Notes: generated by a model not told the origin, from the sequence alone. Positions 50,167 to 59,070 are shown, counted from the stretch's first letter. The stretch: DNA of 64,000 bases from Candidatus Methylomirabilota bacterium (GCA_035650715.1 DASRHC010000011.1:695-64694); one strand, 5' to 3'. Program-made: numbers and translations.

Positions 50167-50364
50167 GTGCCGGGTGGGGTCCTCGTCGGCATTCTGCGCG
50201 TCCGGCACGCCGATCACCTCGTTTTGCACGACGGGACCCAGGTGTTCCTGACCGGCAAGCAGACCGCTCGCGAGTTCCCGATCGGCACCAGCCTCACCGT
50301 CTCGTACACGCTCAAGAAGGACGGCAAGAAGATCGTCGACACCATCTGGCGCACGGACGCGTGA
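50167..50364 (+). CDS. hypothetical small protein (65 aa)
   Basis: GTG start with GGAGG 7 nt upstream: VPGGVLVGILRVRHADHLVLHDGTQVFLTGKQTAREFPIGTSLTVSYTLKKDGKKIVDTIWRTDA. Predicted beta-rich. No family assigned. Confidence 0.4.
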   Translation: MPGGVLVGILRVRHADHLVLHDGTQVFLTGKQTAREFPIGTSLTVSYTLKKDGKKIVDTIWRTDA

Positions 50365-50398
50365 GCGCTCTCATGGGGCCGGCACCGAGCCGCCCGGC

Positions 50399-50414
50399 TT
50401 GGACCTTGGTCCCA
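50399..50414. promoter_or_regulatory. TTGGAC-cttg-GTCCCA palindromic box (box A)
   Basis: About 75 nt upstream of the 50488 ORF. Shares half-sites with boxes B, C and D. Confidence 0.45.
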
Positions 50415-50487
50415 TATCGCGGTTCCGCGAGGGCCCCTACACTCGAAGCTCACGACACACATTCTCCGAAGCGCCAGGAGGAGTCCA

Positions 50488-50853
50488 ATGCAACTGGGGG
50501 ACGTCAGGCTCAAGACCGGGATCTGGGGTGCGGTGGCGGGCAGTGTGATCACCATGATCGTGGGGTTCAGCTGGGGGGGATGGACGACGAGCGGCACCGC
50601 CCGGCAGATGGCGCTGAAGCAGGCTGATACGGCGGTCACCGCCGCACTGGTGCCGATCTGTGTGGCCGGGCCGAAGGCCGACGTCGCTCGCGTGAAGAAG
50701 CTCGAGGAGCTTCGCGCCATCACGTCCTCCTACGACCAGACCGACTTCGTGATGAAGACCGGGTGGGCCAGCTTTGCGGGACAGGCGGAGCCCAATCGCG
50801 CCGTGGCCGAGGGCTGCGCCTCTGCCCTGCTCGAGACCGCCAGCACGAAGTAG
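50488..50853 (+). CDS. hypothetical membrane-anchored protein (one TM helix)
   Basis: MQLGDVRLKTGIWGAVAGSVITMIVGFSWGGW... AGGAGGAG RBS. Confidence 0.5.
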   Translation: MQLGDVRLKTGIWGAVAGSVITMIVGFSWGGWTTSGTARQMALKQADTAVTAALVPICVAGPKADVARVKKLEELRAITSSYDQTDFVMKTGWASFAGQAEPNRAVAEGCASALLETASTK

Positions 50854-50941
50854 CGCCCGTAGTCCGAGCCCGGGCCGCCTCGGATGGGAGGCGGCCGAGT
50901 AGGTTGCCCGCGGGGGGACGGAAGACTATAGTGGCCACTGG

Positions 50942-52417
50942 ATGTGGAGTTCGTGGCCCCTCGTCGTTGTCCTCTGCCTGGTCCTGCTCGTACCGTTCGG
51001 CTGGATGCGATCGCCTCCTGCGGTCGCCGCCGCGAACGGTGCCGGCCTCCCGGATGGATGGATCGCTCCACATCTCGTCGAGGCGCTTCTCGTCCTGGGC
51101 GCGGCCCTGCTCGTCTTCCGGTTGGCTCTGGAGCGATCGCGCCGGAGGCGTGCCGAGCGCTCGCTCGGTGAGCGACTCCGGTTCGAGACCTTGCTGTCCG
51201 AGCAAGTCGCGATGTTCAGTCGCGTGTCGGGTGCCGACGTCGACCCGGCCATCCAGCGCTCCCTCCGCCAGATGGCCGATTTCCTGGTGGTGGACTGGGG
51301 CACGCTGACCGAGTACTCGGGCGATGGCGGGACGGCACGGCCGACCCACTGGTGGGCGGCGGAGGGGGTGCGGCCCAAGCCATCTGCGGTCGGGTTCGAC
51401 GAGATCCCGTGGGTCGGCGCCCGGCTGCGGCGCGGAGAGCTGGTCAGGTTCTCCCGGCTCGATGAGCTCCCGGAAGAGGACGCGGCGCTCGATCGGCGAA
51501 CGTACCGTCGGCTCGGCATCAAGTCCCTGGTCGCGGTTCCCTTGACGGTGGAAGGGGCGGTGGTCGGCGCCCTGGCGTTCAGCACCGTCGGGACCGAGCG
51601 CGCGTGGCGGGACGAGTTCGTGCAGCGGCTTCATCTGCTCGGGGAAGTGCTGGCCAGCGCGCTGTCGCGCCGTCGCGCGGACATGGAGGCACAGCGGCTG
51701 CGCCAGGATCTGGCCCATGTCGGGCGCGTGTCGACGATGGGGCAGCTCACCGCGTCGCTCGCCCACGAGCTCAATCAGCCCCTGACCGCGATCCTCAGCA
51801 ACGCCCAGGCGGCCCAGCGCATGCTCGAGTCGGATCCGGCGGATCCGGTCGAGATTCGCGAGATCCTGCGGGACATCGTCGCCGACGACAAGCGGGCCGG
51901 TGAGGTGATCCAGCGATTGCGCGGGTTCCTCCGGAATGGCGATCTCCAGCTCGCCGCCCTCGACGTCGAAGACCTGGTGAGCCAGGTCGCGCGTCTCGTG
52001 AGCAGCGACGCGATCATCCGTAACGTGGCGATGGAGCTCGATCTGGCCGCCGACCTGCCTCCGGTCGCGGGGGACCGGGTGCAGCTGCAGCAGGTGGTCT
52101 TGAACCTGCTCATGAACGGGCTGGACGCGATGGCCGAGCCGAGTGCGGGAGGGCGGACCATCGTGCTGCGGACCTTCCGGGGCGGCCCGGCGACCGTGGT
52201 GGTGTCGGTGGAGGATTCGGGGGTCGGCATCGATGGGGCCGACCTGGAACGCGTCTTCGAGGCGTTCTACACGACGAAGCCCGAAGGGCTGGGGATGGGT
52301 CTGGCGATCGCGCGCTCCATCGTGCACGCGCACGGTGGCGAGTTGGAGGCCCGGAACAACGCTCGGGGGGGCGCCACGTTCTCGTTCACCTTGCGGACCG
52401 CGGCGGGCGAGCGATGA
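50942..52417 (+). CDS. sensor histidine kinase with two N-terminal TM helices and a GAF domain
   Basis: HisKA H-box STMGQLTASLAHELNQPL. HATPase_c N/G boxes (LNLLMNGLDAM, DSGVGI, GLGMGLAIA). Central GAF-like region. Confidence 0.85.
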   Translation: MWSSWPLVVVLCLVLLVPFGWMRSPPAVAAANGAGLPDGWIAPHLVEALLVLGAALLVFRLALERSRRRRAERSLGERLRFETLLSEQVAMFSRVSGADVDPAIQRSLRQMADFLVVDWGTLTEYSGDGGTARPTHWWAAEGVRPKPSAVGFDEIPWVGARLRRGELVRFSRLDELPEEDAALDRRTYRRLGIKSLVAVPLTVEGAVVGALAFSTVGTERAWRDEFVQRLHLLGEVLASALSRRRADMEAQRLRQDLAHVGRVSTMGQLTASLAHELNQPLTAILSNAQAAQRMLESDPADPVEIREILRDIVADDKRAGEVIQRLRGFLRNGDLQLAALDVEDLVSQVARLVSSDAIIRNVAMELDLAADLPPVAGDRVQLQQVVLNLLMNGLDAMAEPSAGGRTIVLRTFRGGPATVVVSVEDSGVGIDGADLERVFEAFYTTKPEGLGMGLAIARSIVHAHGGELEARNNARGGATFSFTLRTAAGER

Positions 52418-53040
52418 ACGTTCCGACGACCGCGGTCGTGTTCGTGGTGGACGACGACGCGGCGGTGCGAAAGAGCCTGGCGCGACTGGCCCGGGCGGCG
52501 GGCCATCGGGCGGAAACGTTCGAGTCGGTTCGCGACTTCCTCGCCCGTGAGCCGTACGAGGGTCCCTGCTGTCTGGTGCTGGACGTCCGCATGCCCGGGC
52601 TGACCGGGCTGGACCTCCAGGCGGCGCTGGCCGCGGCCGGGCTGCGCGTGGCGATCGTGTTCATCACCGGCCATCGCGACGTCCCGGTGAGCGTGAAGGC
52701 CATGAAGGGCGGCGCCGTGGACTTCCTCGTGAAGCCGGTGGACCAGCAGGTCCTGCTGAGTGCCATCCAGCAGGCGGTGGCGCGGACGCTGACCGATCGA
52801 CGGCACGAGGCACGGGCGAGCGAGGTACGGAGCCGCATCGCGAGCCTGACCCCGCGGGAGGCCGCCGTCTTCGCGCTGGTGGTGGCGGGAATGCTGAACA
52901 AGCAGATCGGGTCCGAGCTCGGCATCGCGGAGAAGACGGTGAAGGTACACCGAGGCCGGGTCATGGAGAAGATGAGGGCGGGATCCCTCGCGGAGCTGGT
53001 TCGGCTCGCGGGGGAAGGGGGCGTCATCGGCGCGGGCTGA
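52414..53040 (+). CDS. response regulator, FixJ/NarL (LuxR-type HTH) family
   Basis: REC (VVFVVDDDAAVRKS...LVLDVRMPGLTGLDL...FITGHRDV...KPVD) plus a LuxR HTH (LTPREAAVFALVVAGMLNKQIGSELGIAEKTVKVHRGRVMEKM). Very close to the FixJ architecture. 4-nt overlap with the kinase gene. Confidence 0.85.
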   Translation: MNVPTTAVVFVVDDDAAVRKSLARLARAAGHRAETFESVRDFLAREPYEGPCCLVLDVRMPGLTGLDLQAALAAAGLRVAIVFITGHRDVPVSVKAMKGGAVDFLVKPVDQQVLLSAIQQAVARTLTDRRHEARASEVRSRIASLTPREAAVFALVVAGMLNKQIGSELGIAEKTVKVHRGRVMEKMRAGSLAELVRLAGEGGVIGAG

Positions 53041-53054
53041 AGACGGCCCGGGAG

Positions 53055-53071
53055 TTGGGACGAAGGTCCAC
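53055..53071. promoter_or_regulatory. TTGGGAC-gaag-GTCCAC palindromic box (box B)
   Basis: About 40 nt upstream of the ATG of the REC-only regulator. The core GGAC-N4-GTCC resembles NarL/DosR-type boxes (GGGACT-N-AGTCCC). Confidence 0.45.
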
Positions 53072-53108
53072 TATCCCTCCCGGCGGGGTCCGGTACGATG
53101 ACCGGGAG

Positions 53109-53492
53109 ATGACCCTCGCGAGCCCGCTGATCTGCATAGTGGACGACGATCTGTCGGTACGCCGCGCGCTCGGCCGGCTCATCACGTCGGCGGGCTACGC
53201 GGTCGCGACGTTCGGGTCGGCCCGGGACTTCCTGACCCTGGCGCCGTCGGTCCGCACCGCGTGTCTGGTGCTGGACATCTATCTGGACGAGATGGATGGA
53301 TTCGAGCTGCAGGCGAGGTTGGCGGCGGACCGGGCGGACATCCCGATCATCTTCATGACCGCCCACGATGATGCGACGACGCGCGAGCGTATCGAGCGCG
53401 CCGGGGTGGCCGGTGTTCTGGGGAAGCCGTTCGACGGCGAGCGGTTGCTCGAGGCGATCCGCGGGGTGGTCGATCGAGGCGCGGGAGCGTGA
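53109..53492 (+). CDS. single-domain response regulator (REC only)
   Basis: MTLASPLICIVDDDLSVRRALGRLITSAGYAV...LVLDIYLDEMDGFEL...IFMTAHDD...KPFD. Confidence 0.8.
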   Translation: MTLASPLICIVDDDLSVRRALGRLITSAGYAVATFGSARDFLTLAPSVRTACLVLDIYLDEMDGFELQARLAADRADIPIIFMTAHDDATTRERIERAGVAGVLGKPFDGERLLEAIRGVVDRGAGA

Positions 53493-53637
53493 ACGGACCG
53501 GTTGGACGAAGGTCCCATGGCTCTGGGTACTCAAGCGCAGGGCTTCAAGACTCTGTCCGAGGGCGACAAGGTGGAGTTCGACGTGAACCGAGGCCCGAAG
53601 GGACTCCTGGCCGCCAACGTGCGGGAGGCCTGATCGA
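53493..53637 (+). pseudogene. 3' remnant of a cold-shock protein (CspA family) gene
   Basis: ...[40 protein letters not shown] matches the CspA C-terminus (...[30 protein letters not shown]). The N-terminal RNP1/RNP2 half is absent. It begins immediately after the REC gene stop. Confidence 0.55.
53502..53517. promoter_or_regulatory. TTGGAC-gaag-GTCCCA palindromic box (box C)
   Basis: Abuts the ATG of the truncated csp remnant. Same spacer sequence (gaag) as box B. Confidence 0.45.
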
Positions 53638-53664
53638 CGAAGGAGAGCGCGCCGCCCGCCCGGA

Positions 53665-54285
53665 TCAGGCGTGCGGCAGCTGCGAGAGAACGCGCTGCTT
53701 GAAGTGGGCTTCCTTCGCCGGGTCCCCGATCTCCCGGGCGATCGCCTCGACGAGCCGCGTGGTCTCCTGCGGCGAGCCGAGACCGGGGTGACCCGCGAGG
53801 TATTCCTGGCAGATCATCCCCGCCATGGGGCCCAGGAACTCGGCCAGCTCGCGCTCCAGCAGCGGTCGGATCCGGCCCATCGCTTCTGCGGCCTCGGCGG
53901 GCGGTCGCGTGGCGGTCGCCGGGCTCACATCCGGCCTGGGCGCCGCTTGCGACACCACCGACACCGGTCCTGACGCGGCGCCCAGGTGGGCGAGGATCTC
54001 GGCGGTCGCGGGGAGTCGCGGATCCACCGATGGCACCGACGCCTGCTCGAAGCGGTACCGCGCCGCGCTGAAGGTCTGAAGCGGCGCCAGGGCGTCCGGT
54101 CCGCGCATGAGTCGATAGCTCAGGCCGACGATCTCCCCCTCGCGAAGGACGACCTGGGCGGGATGGTTCTCGAGCGTGATGATGAACAGCGTGCCCGTGC
54201 CCCGGGCGGCGCACAGGGACTGGAGCTCCGCGATCACCTGATCGCGCGGCCGGAGCTCCGCGTCGCCCGGACGTTCGGCCGCCAT
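53665..54285 (-). CDS. DUF4388 (PATAN-like) domain protein
   Basis: ...LCAARGTGTLFIITLENHPAQVVLREGEIVGLSY... resembles the DUF4388 signalling-associated domain. C-terminal low-complexity region. Confidence 0.5.
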   Translation of the reverse strand: MAAERPGDAELRPRDQVIAELQSLCAARGTGTLFIITLENHPAQVVLREGEIVGLSYRLMRGPDALAPLQTFSAARYRFEQASVPSVDPRLPATAEILAHLGAASGPVSVVSQAAPRPDVSPATATRPPAEAAEAMGRIRPLLERELAEFLGPMAGMICQEYLAGHPGLGSPQETTRLVEAIAREIGDPAKEAHFKQRVLSQLPHA

Positions 54286-54306
54286 GCGGATGGAGTGGGG
54301 CGGTCG

Positions 54307-55458
54307 CTACCCGGCTGAGCGCCGGTCGGCGAGGCCGGGGCCGGGACGTTTCCAGCCGGTGCCGCCCGTTCCCGCCGACTCGGACCGTGTTGGGGTGAGG
54401 CGCGCCATGGCGGCCTTGATGCTGGCGCCCAGGCGGTCGACGGCCCGAGCCAGCGCGCCGATCTCGTCGGAGCGGCCCGCCTCCGGGATGGAGGCCTTGA
54501 GGTTTCCCCGGCTGATCTCGTCCGCGATCCGGGTGAGGCTGCGGATCGGACGGGTGAGCCGCTGGGCCAGCAGGTACGACGCCAGCACCACGAGCAGCAG
54601 GGTCAGGGCGAGCAGCACCAGCGCGTTGCGGTTGGCCGCGGTGATGGGGGCGTAGGCCTCCTGGACGTCCTGCTGGACCACCAGGGTCCAGCCCTCCTTG
54701 GTCTTGCGCGCGTAGGCGAGCATCGACCGGCCGGCCTCGTCGGTGTACACGATCCGCTTCTTGGTGACATCCGAGCGGCCCAGGAAGGCCGGGTGCTGGC
54801 TCAGATCCTTGAGGCCCTCGACGTACTCCTTCCGCGGGTGCGCGATGACCTTGCCGGTGGTGTCCAGCAGGAAGGCGTGGCCCGTCCGTCCGATCTGGAC
54901 CCCCGCGATGCTGCTGGAGACGTCGTTGATCGTCATGCCGATGGCGAGCACGCCGACCAGGCGCTGCTCGGCGGTGACGGGGACCGACAGGATGAGGGCG
55001 GGCTGGCCGTTGGTCCGGCTGATCACGACCTGCTGGCCGAGCGGAGCGCCGTGGAGGACTTGCTGGACGTAGAGCCGGTCGCCGTAGTTCTTCGGCGTGT
55101 CCTGATCGCTTCGTCCGATGTTGGTGCCGTCCGGCGCGATGGTGAAGGCGAGATAGACCGCCTTGTACTCGTTGGCGATGGCGACCAGGGTCCGGCGCTG
55201 CCGCCGGGCGTCCATCGAGACGATATCGTCGAGCGCGGCGTTCTGCCGCAGCATCTTGACGTTCATCTCGGTCCAGGCGTCGACGAAGGTGCCGACCGCC
55301 TCCGCCCGGTCCCCCAGCTGCTGGTCGACCGCGTGCTCGATCCGTTCCACCGCCGCGCGCTGGTTCACGTACCAGATGGCGCCGAGCGGGATCACCGCCA
55401 CCGCGATCATCGTCAGGAGCACCTTGGGGAAGATGCCGAAGGTTGGCCGCTTTGCCAT
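54307..55458 (-). CDS. membrane sensor protein: double Cache (dCache_1) plus HAMP, no output domain
   Basis: N-terminal TM, periplasmic Cache-like region, second TM (ALVLLALTLLLVVLASYLLA), HAMP (RLTRPIRSLTRIADEISRGNL...DEIGALARAVDRLGASI). The ORF ends about 60 aa after HAMP. GAGGAG RBS. Confidence 0.7.
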   Translation of the reverse strand: MAKRPTFGIFPKVLLTMIAVAVIPLGAIWYVNQRAAVERIEHAVDQQLGDRAEAVGTFVDAWTEMNVKMLRQNAALDDIVSMDARRQRRTLVAIANEYKAVYLAFTIAPDGTNIGRSDQDTPKNYGDRLYVQQVLHGAPLGQQVVISRTNGQPALILSVPVTAEQRLVGVLAIGMTINDVSSSIAGVQIGRTGHAFLLDTTGKVIAHPRKEYVEGLKDLSQHPAFLGRSDVTKKRIVYTDEAGRSMLAYARKTKEGWTLVVQQDVQEAYAPITAANRNALVLLALTLLLVVLASYLLAQRLTRPIRSLTRIADEISRGNLKASIPEAGRSDEIGALARAVDRLGASIKAAMARLTPTRSESAGTGGTGWKRPGPGLADRRSAG

Positions 55459-55630
55459 CGCTTGCTCCTCGTCCCCGGCCGGGGTCGGCGGGCGTGCTGA
55501 GAATTGGGCTGAGCCATTTACGCAATCGGCATGCCAGCCCCCCGAAATCGACAAAGCGGCGTGGAATTTGCCGGATTCTCCGGGGTGTCCGGCCCCGGGG
55601 TCAGGCGTGTGACAGGAAACGGCACGCGTG

Positions 55631-56203
55631 TCAGCGACGCTGTTGCTCGCGGGGGCTCCGGGCCGTCGGGGCCGGATAGAGCAGTCGGCCCGCGCGGACC
55701 ACGAGAAAGGGCGTGCGCCGGTGGAGCGGGGCGGAGCGGCGGCTCTGGACGTGGAGGACCCGCCACCGGGCGACGGTGAGCGCGTCCGCGATCAGCGACC
55801 GATGGCACCGCCACGGGATCGCCTCCGCGCACATGATCGCGGTCGGCCGCTCGGTCGCGATCTCCTCGAGCCGCGCGAGGGCCTCCGCGAACTCCTCGGT
55901 CTGCATGTAGTCGGCGTACCCGCGGAACGAAGCGTTGCGCCAGCCCTGGTTGATCGAGTCCGGCCGCGCGTGGCGGAGTCCGCCGAGCGCCTTCAGGTGC
56001 CGATACCGGATCCCGGCCGCGCGGAGCGACCGGGCGAGGGCCGGGCCGTTGAACTGCGGGTTGTGGCGCGACTTCGGGATGGTGCGGACGTCCACCAGCT
56101 GCTCGATTCCGTGGGCGCGGAGCAGATCGATGAGCTCCTCGATCGGCCGCGTGGAATGGCCGATGGTGTAGAGCGTCCGAGCGGCGGCTGACGAGCGAGC
56201 CAT
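55631..56203 (-). CDS. DUF488 family protein (second copy in window)
   Basis: ...TLYTIGHSTRPIEELIDLLRAHGIEQLVDVRTIPKSRHNPQFN...IAYMCAE-like core (TAIMCAEAIPWRCHR). Confidence 0.7.
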   Translation of the reverse strand: MARSSAAARTLYTIGHSTRPIEELIDLLRAHGIEQLVDVRTIPKSRHNPQFNGPALARSLRAAGIRYRHLKALGGLRHARPDSINQGWRNASFRGYADYMQTEEFAEALARLEEIATERPTAIMCAEAIPWRCHRSLIADALTVARWRVLHVQSRRSAPLHRRTPFLVVRAGRLLYPAPTARSPREQQRR

Positions 56204-56238
56204 GGGGCGCCTCGGGCCCGTGGACGGCGTCCCCCGCG

Positions 56239-57282
56239 CTACCGTTGCATCACGACGGTGCGCACGAAGAACTTGGCGATCGTCGCGTACACCGCGGGCA
56301 GCCCGGCCCGATCGAACCCGGGCGGATCCACCAGGAGCGGGGTGAGGCTCCGGGCCAGCGAGTCCGGCCAGGGCGAGAAGAGCGATCCGTGGCCGGCGGC
56401 GGGAAGGTTCGCGAGCCGCTCGCATCGCGCGCAGGCGGCGCGGACCCGCTCGATGTGGAAGCGCGGGAGGAGCCACTGGTCCTGCCCGGCCTCGATCAGG
56501 CCCACGGCGGCGACCGGCGCGGCCAGCGTCGTCAGGTCGATCGGGGTCGCCATCGGGACCGAGGCGACCACCGCCACGATGCGACGGTCGGTCAGGCCGT
56601 AGCGGGTCTCGTCATTGAAGCGCCAGCGGTGCACCCAGCCCGCCAGCCACACCTTCACCCCATCCAGCGCATTGCCGTGCAGCGAGGTGACGAGGCCCAC
56701 GCAGCCCGGGAAGTCCTCGCGCATGTGGGCGAGGCAGTGCCGCATGAAGTTGGCGGGCGACCAGCGCGCGCCCGCCAGCGTGAGCGCGGTGAGCCCGCCC
56801 GCCGACGTCCCGTAGACGCCCACCCGATCGGTATCGAGCAGTGGGCCGAGCCGCGCGTCCGCGTGGACCGCGTCGATGGCCGCGACCGCCTCCGCGGGCC
56901 TCCGCTTCCAGCTCTCCGGACCCACGAGGCGCTGGTCGCGGTGGTTGTCGCCGTCGTGCTCGGGCACCGCCACCACGAAGCCCGCCGCGACCAGCGTCCG
57001 GGCGAGGTCCACGAAGGGCCAGGGCGCGCCGCCCGAGCCGTGCGAGATCACGATGAGCCGCCGGTTGCCGGCCCGCGGCGCGCCCTGCCACGCGGCGGGG
57101 AAGGTGAAGGGCCCGCGCGTCACCGGACTGTCGGGCGCGTCGCTCGGGTAGAACGTCGTCACCGGCCCGTGACCGTCGGTTCCGTTCACCGCCGTCGCGC
57201 CCAGGCCGGCCGCGGGCGCGGCGCCGACCGCCGTGAAGGCCAGCCAGAGCCCGACCGCGAGGCCGGCCACGCGCCGGAGCAT
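56239..57282 (-). CDS. secreted alpha/beta hydrolase (dienelactone hydrolase / PAF-acetylhydrolase-like)
   Basis: Signal peptide MLRRVAGLAVGLWLAFTAVGAAPA. ...LIVISHGSGG..., GVYGTSAGG (nucleophile elbow GxSxG). Confidence 0.7.
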   Translation of the reverse strand: MLRRVAGLAVGLWLAFTAVGAAPAAGLGATAVNGTDGHGPVTTFYPSDAPDSPVTRGPFTFPAAWQGAPRAGNRRLIVISHGSGGAPWPFVDLARTLVAAGFVVAVPEHDGDNHRDQRLVGPESWKRRPAEAVAAIDAVHADARLGPLLDTDRVGVYGTSAGGLTALTLAGARWSPANFMRHCLAHMREDFPGCVGLVTSLHGNALDGVKVWLAGWVHRWRFNDETRYGLTDRRIVAVVASVPMATPIDLTTLAAPVAAVGLIEAGQDQWLLPRFHIERVRAACARCERLANLPAAGHGSLFSPWPDSLARSLTPLLVDPPGFDRAGLPAVYATIAKFFVRTVVMQR

Positions 57283-57287
57283 GACGC

Positions 57288-58301
57288 TCACACGTACGGC
57301 AGGACGCGCTCGCCGAAGAGCCGGATGGCCTCGAGGATCTTCTCGTGCGGCGGCCCGCCCGAATGGGCGTGGCGCAGGCGAAGCAGGAAGGTGCTGGCGC
57401 CGGTGGCCTCGCGCCAGCGCTGGAATTCCCGGACGCACGTGTCGGGGTCGCCCAGGACGAGCCGATCGGGGGCGAGAGTCGTCAGGTTGAACTCGGCGCC
57501 CGCGGGGAGCGTGCGGAACTCGGCCAGGCGATTTTCCCAGTAGTAACGGTAGGCGGTCATCACGTGCGGGCCGTAGACGGCGTCGGCCTCCGCGCGGGAC
57601 CGCGCGACCCAGGCATCGCGCATCTGGATCACCTCGGCCGGACGATGGGCCTCGCGCGCGGCCTCGCGGTACACCTGCGCGAGACGCGTCGCATTGGCGA
57701 GCCCGGTGCTGGGGGTGCCCACGAAGCCGTCGGCGATCCGGCCCGCCCGGCGCGCGGCCGCCTCGATGCTGGCGCCGATCCAGAGCGGCGGGCCGCCCTT
57801 CTGGTAGGGCCGCGGAAGGATCCGCACGTCCTCGAGGGTGTAGTGCTTGCCGCGGTACGAGAACGGCTCGCTGGTCCAGCAGAGACGCAGGATCTCGATG
57901 CTCTCCTCGAAGCGACCGGCCCGATCCTCCATCGGCACCGAGAAGGCCCGGAAGTCCGCCGGCTGATAGCCGATGCCCACGCCCAGGATCACGCGGCCCT
58001 TGGAGACCAGATCCAGCGTGACGACGTCCTCGGCGACGCGCACCGGGTGATGGAGCGGCAGCAGGATCACCGAGGTGCCGACCCGGAGCCGGCTGGTCCG
58101 GGCCGCCACCGCGGTGGCCACGATCAGGGGCGACGGCAGGAAGCCGTCCCTGTCCTGATGGTGCTCGCCGAAGAAGCAGGAGTCGAAGCCGACCGCCTCG
58201 GCCTGCTGTGCCTCGGCGATCACCTCGTCGATGCAGCGATCGAGCCGCTCCCCCCGAGGCGGGTTGGCGATGGAGCTGTAGAGACCGAACTTCATGGCCA
58301 C
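57288..58301 (-). CDS. LLM-class flavin-dependent oxidoreductase (luciferase-like)
   Basis: MKFGLYSS...VGFDSCFFGEHH...VILGVGIGYQPADF... Third LLM-family gene in the window. Confidence 0.8.
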   Translation of the reverse strand: MAMKFGLYSSIANPPRGERLDRCIDEVIAEAQQAEAVGFDSCFFGEHHQDRDGFLPSPLIVATAVAARTSRLRVGTSVILLPLHHPVRVAEDVVTLDLVSKGRVILGVGIGYQPADFRAFSVPMEDRAGRFEESIEILRLCWTSEPFSYRGKHYTLEDVRILPRPYQKGGPPLWIGASIEAAARRAGRIADGFVGTPSTGLANATRLAQVYREAAREAHRPAEVIQMRDAWVARSRAEADAVYGPHVMTAYRYYWENRLAEFRTLPAGAEFNLTTLAPDRLVLGDPDTCVREFQRWREATGASTFLLRLRHAHSGGPPHEKILEAIRLFGERVLPYV

Positions 58302-58314
58302 CGCGCGGCGCCGG

Positions 58315-59070
58315 TCAGCGGCCGGCCGGCACGTGCGCCCGGAGGAAGCGGCGCGCGTGCTCCACCACCTCGTCGATGTGCTCGGGCGAGTCCTTCCAGG
58401 GATAGATGGTGACCTCCGCGTTCGGGGCCAGGCTCGCCACTTCCATCGCCACCTTGTACGGGTGCGCGGGGACGTCGTCGGGTGCGATGAGCAGCGGGGT
58501 CTTGATCGAGCGCACGAAGTCGCGCGAGACGGTGAAGACGAAGTCGGCGCGGTTGGTATACATGCTGGTGAGGAAGGCGTGGACCATGTCCATGGTGACG
58601 TCCGGCCGCTTCTCGCAGAGCTGCGGGCCCCAGCCCTTGATGTTGTTCTGGTAGAACAGATCGGGCAGCTCGGGCCGGTACCCGCTCGGCTGCATCATCG
58701 CGGCGGCCACGATGCGGTCCGGGGCCCGCCTGATGAGGTTGTGGATCATGGGCCCGCCGATGCAGAAGCCCATCACCAGGAACTCCCGGATGCCGAGATG
58801 GTCCATCAGCCCCAGCTGGTCGTCGGAGTAGGCGTCCCAGGGGCGGTCGACCTCGAGGGGGCCGCGGGACTGGCCGGGGTTGGCGTTGCGGAGATCGGCG
58901 CAGATGCACCGGAAGTCGTTCCGGTAGCGCTCCATGGGGTCGAAGGGCGAGGCGGTCTGCCAGGAGGAGAGGGCCGAGTTCAGGCCTCCGCCCGGGATGA
59001 GGAGCAGGGGAAAGCCGGAGCCGACCTCCTGATAGTGGATCCGGACGGGGCCTCTCTCGTAGAAGGGCAT
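58315..59070 (-). CDS. alpha/beta hydrolase fold protein
   Basis: ...FPLLLIPGGGLNS...LVMGFCIGG (nucleophile elbow variant). Confidence 0.7.
   Translation of the reverse strand: MPFYERGPVRIHYQEVGSGFPLLLIPGGGLNSALSSWQTASPFDPMERYRNDFRCICADLRNANPGQSRGPLEVDRPWDAYSDDQLGLMDHLGIREFLVMGFCIGGPMIHNLIRRAPDRIVAAAMMQPSGYRPELPDLFYQNNIKGWGPQLCEKRPDVTMDMVHAFLTSMYTNRADFVFTVSRDFVRSIKTPLLIAPDDVPAHPYKVAMEVASLAPNAEVTIYPWKDSPEHIDEVVEHARRFLRAHVPAGR

Noticed and set aside
55583-55601. CCGGGG-tgtccgg-CCCCGG hairpin between the Cache-HAMP start and the DUF488 end (possible terminator).
   Set aside because: No U-tract on the relevant strand, and short GC palindromes occur by chance at this GC content. Left unannotated.
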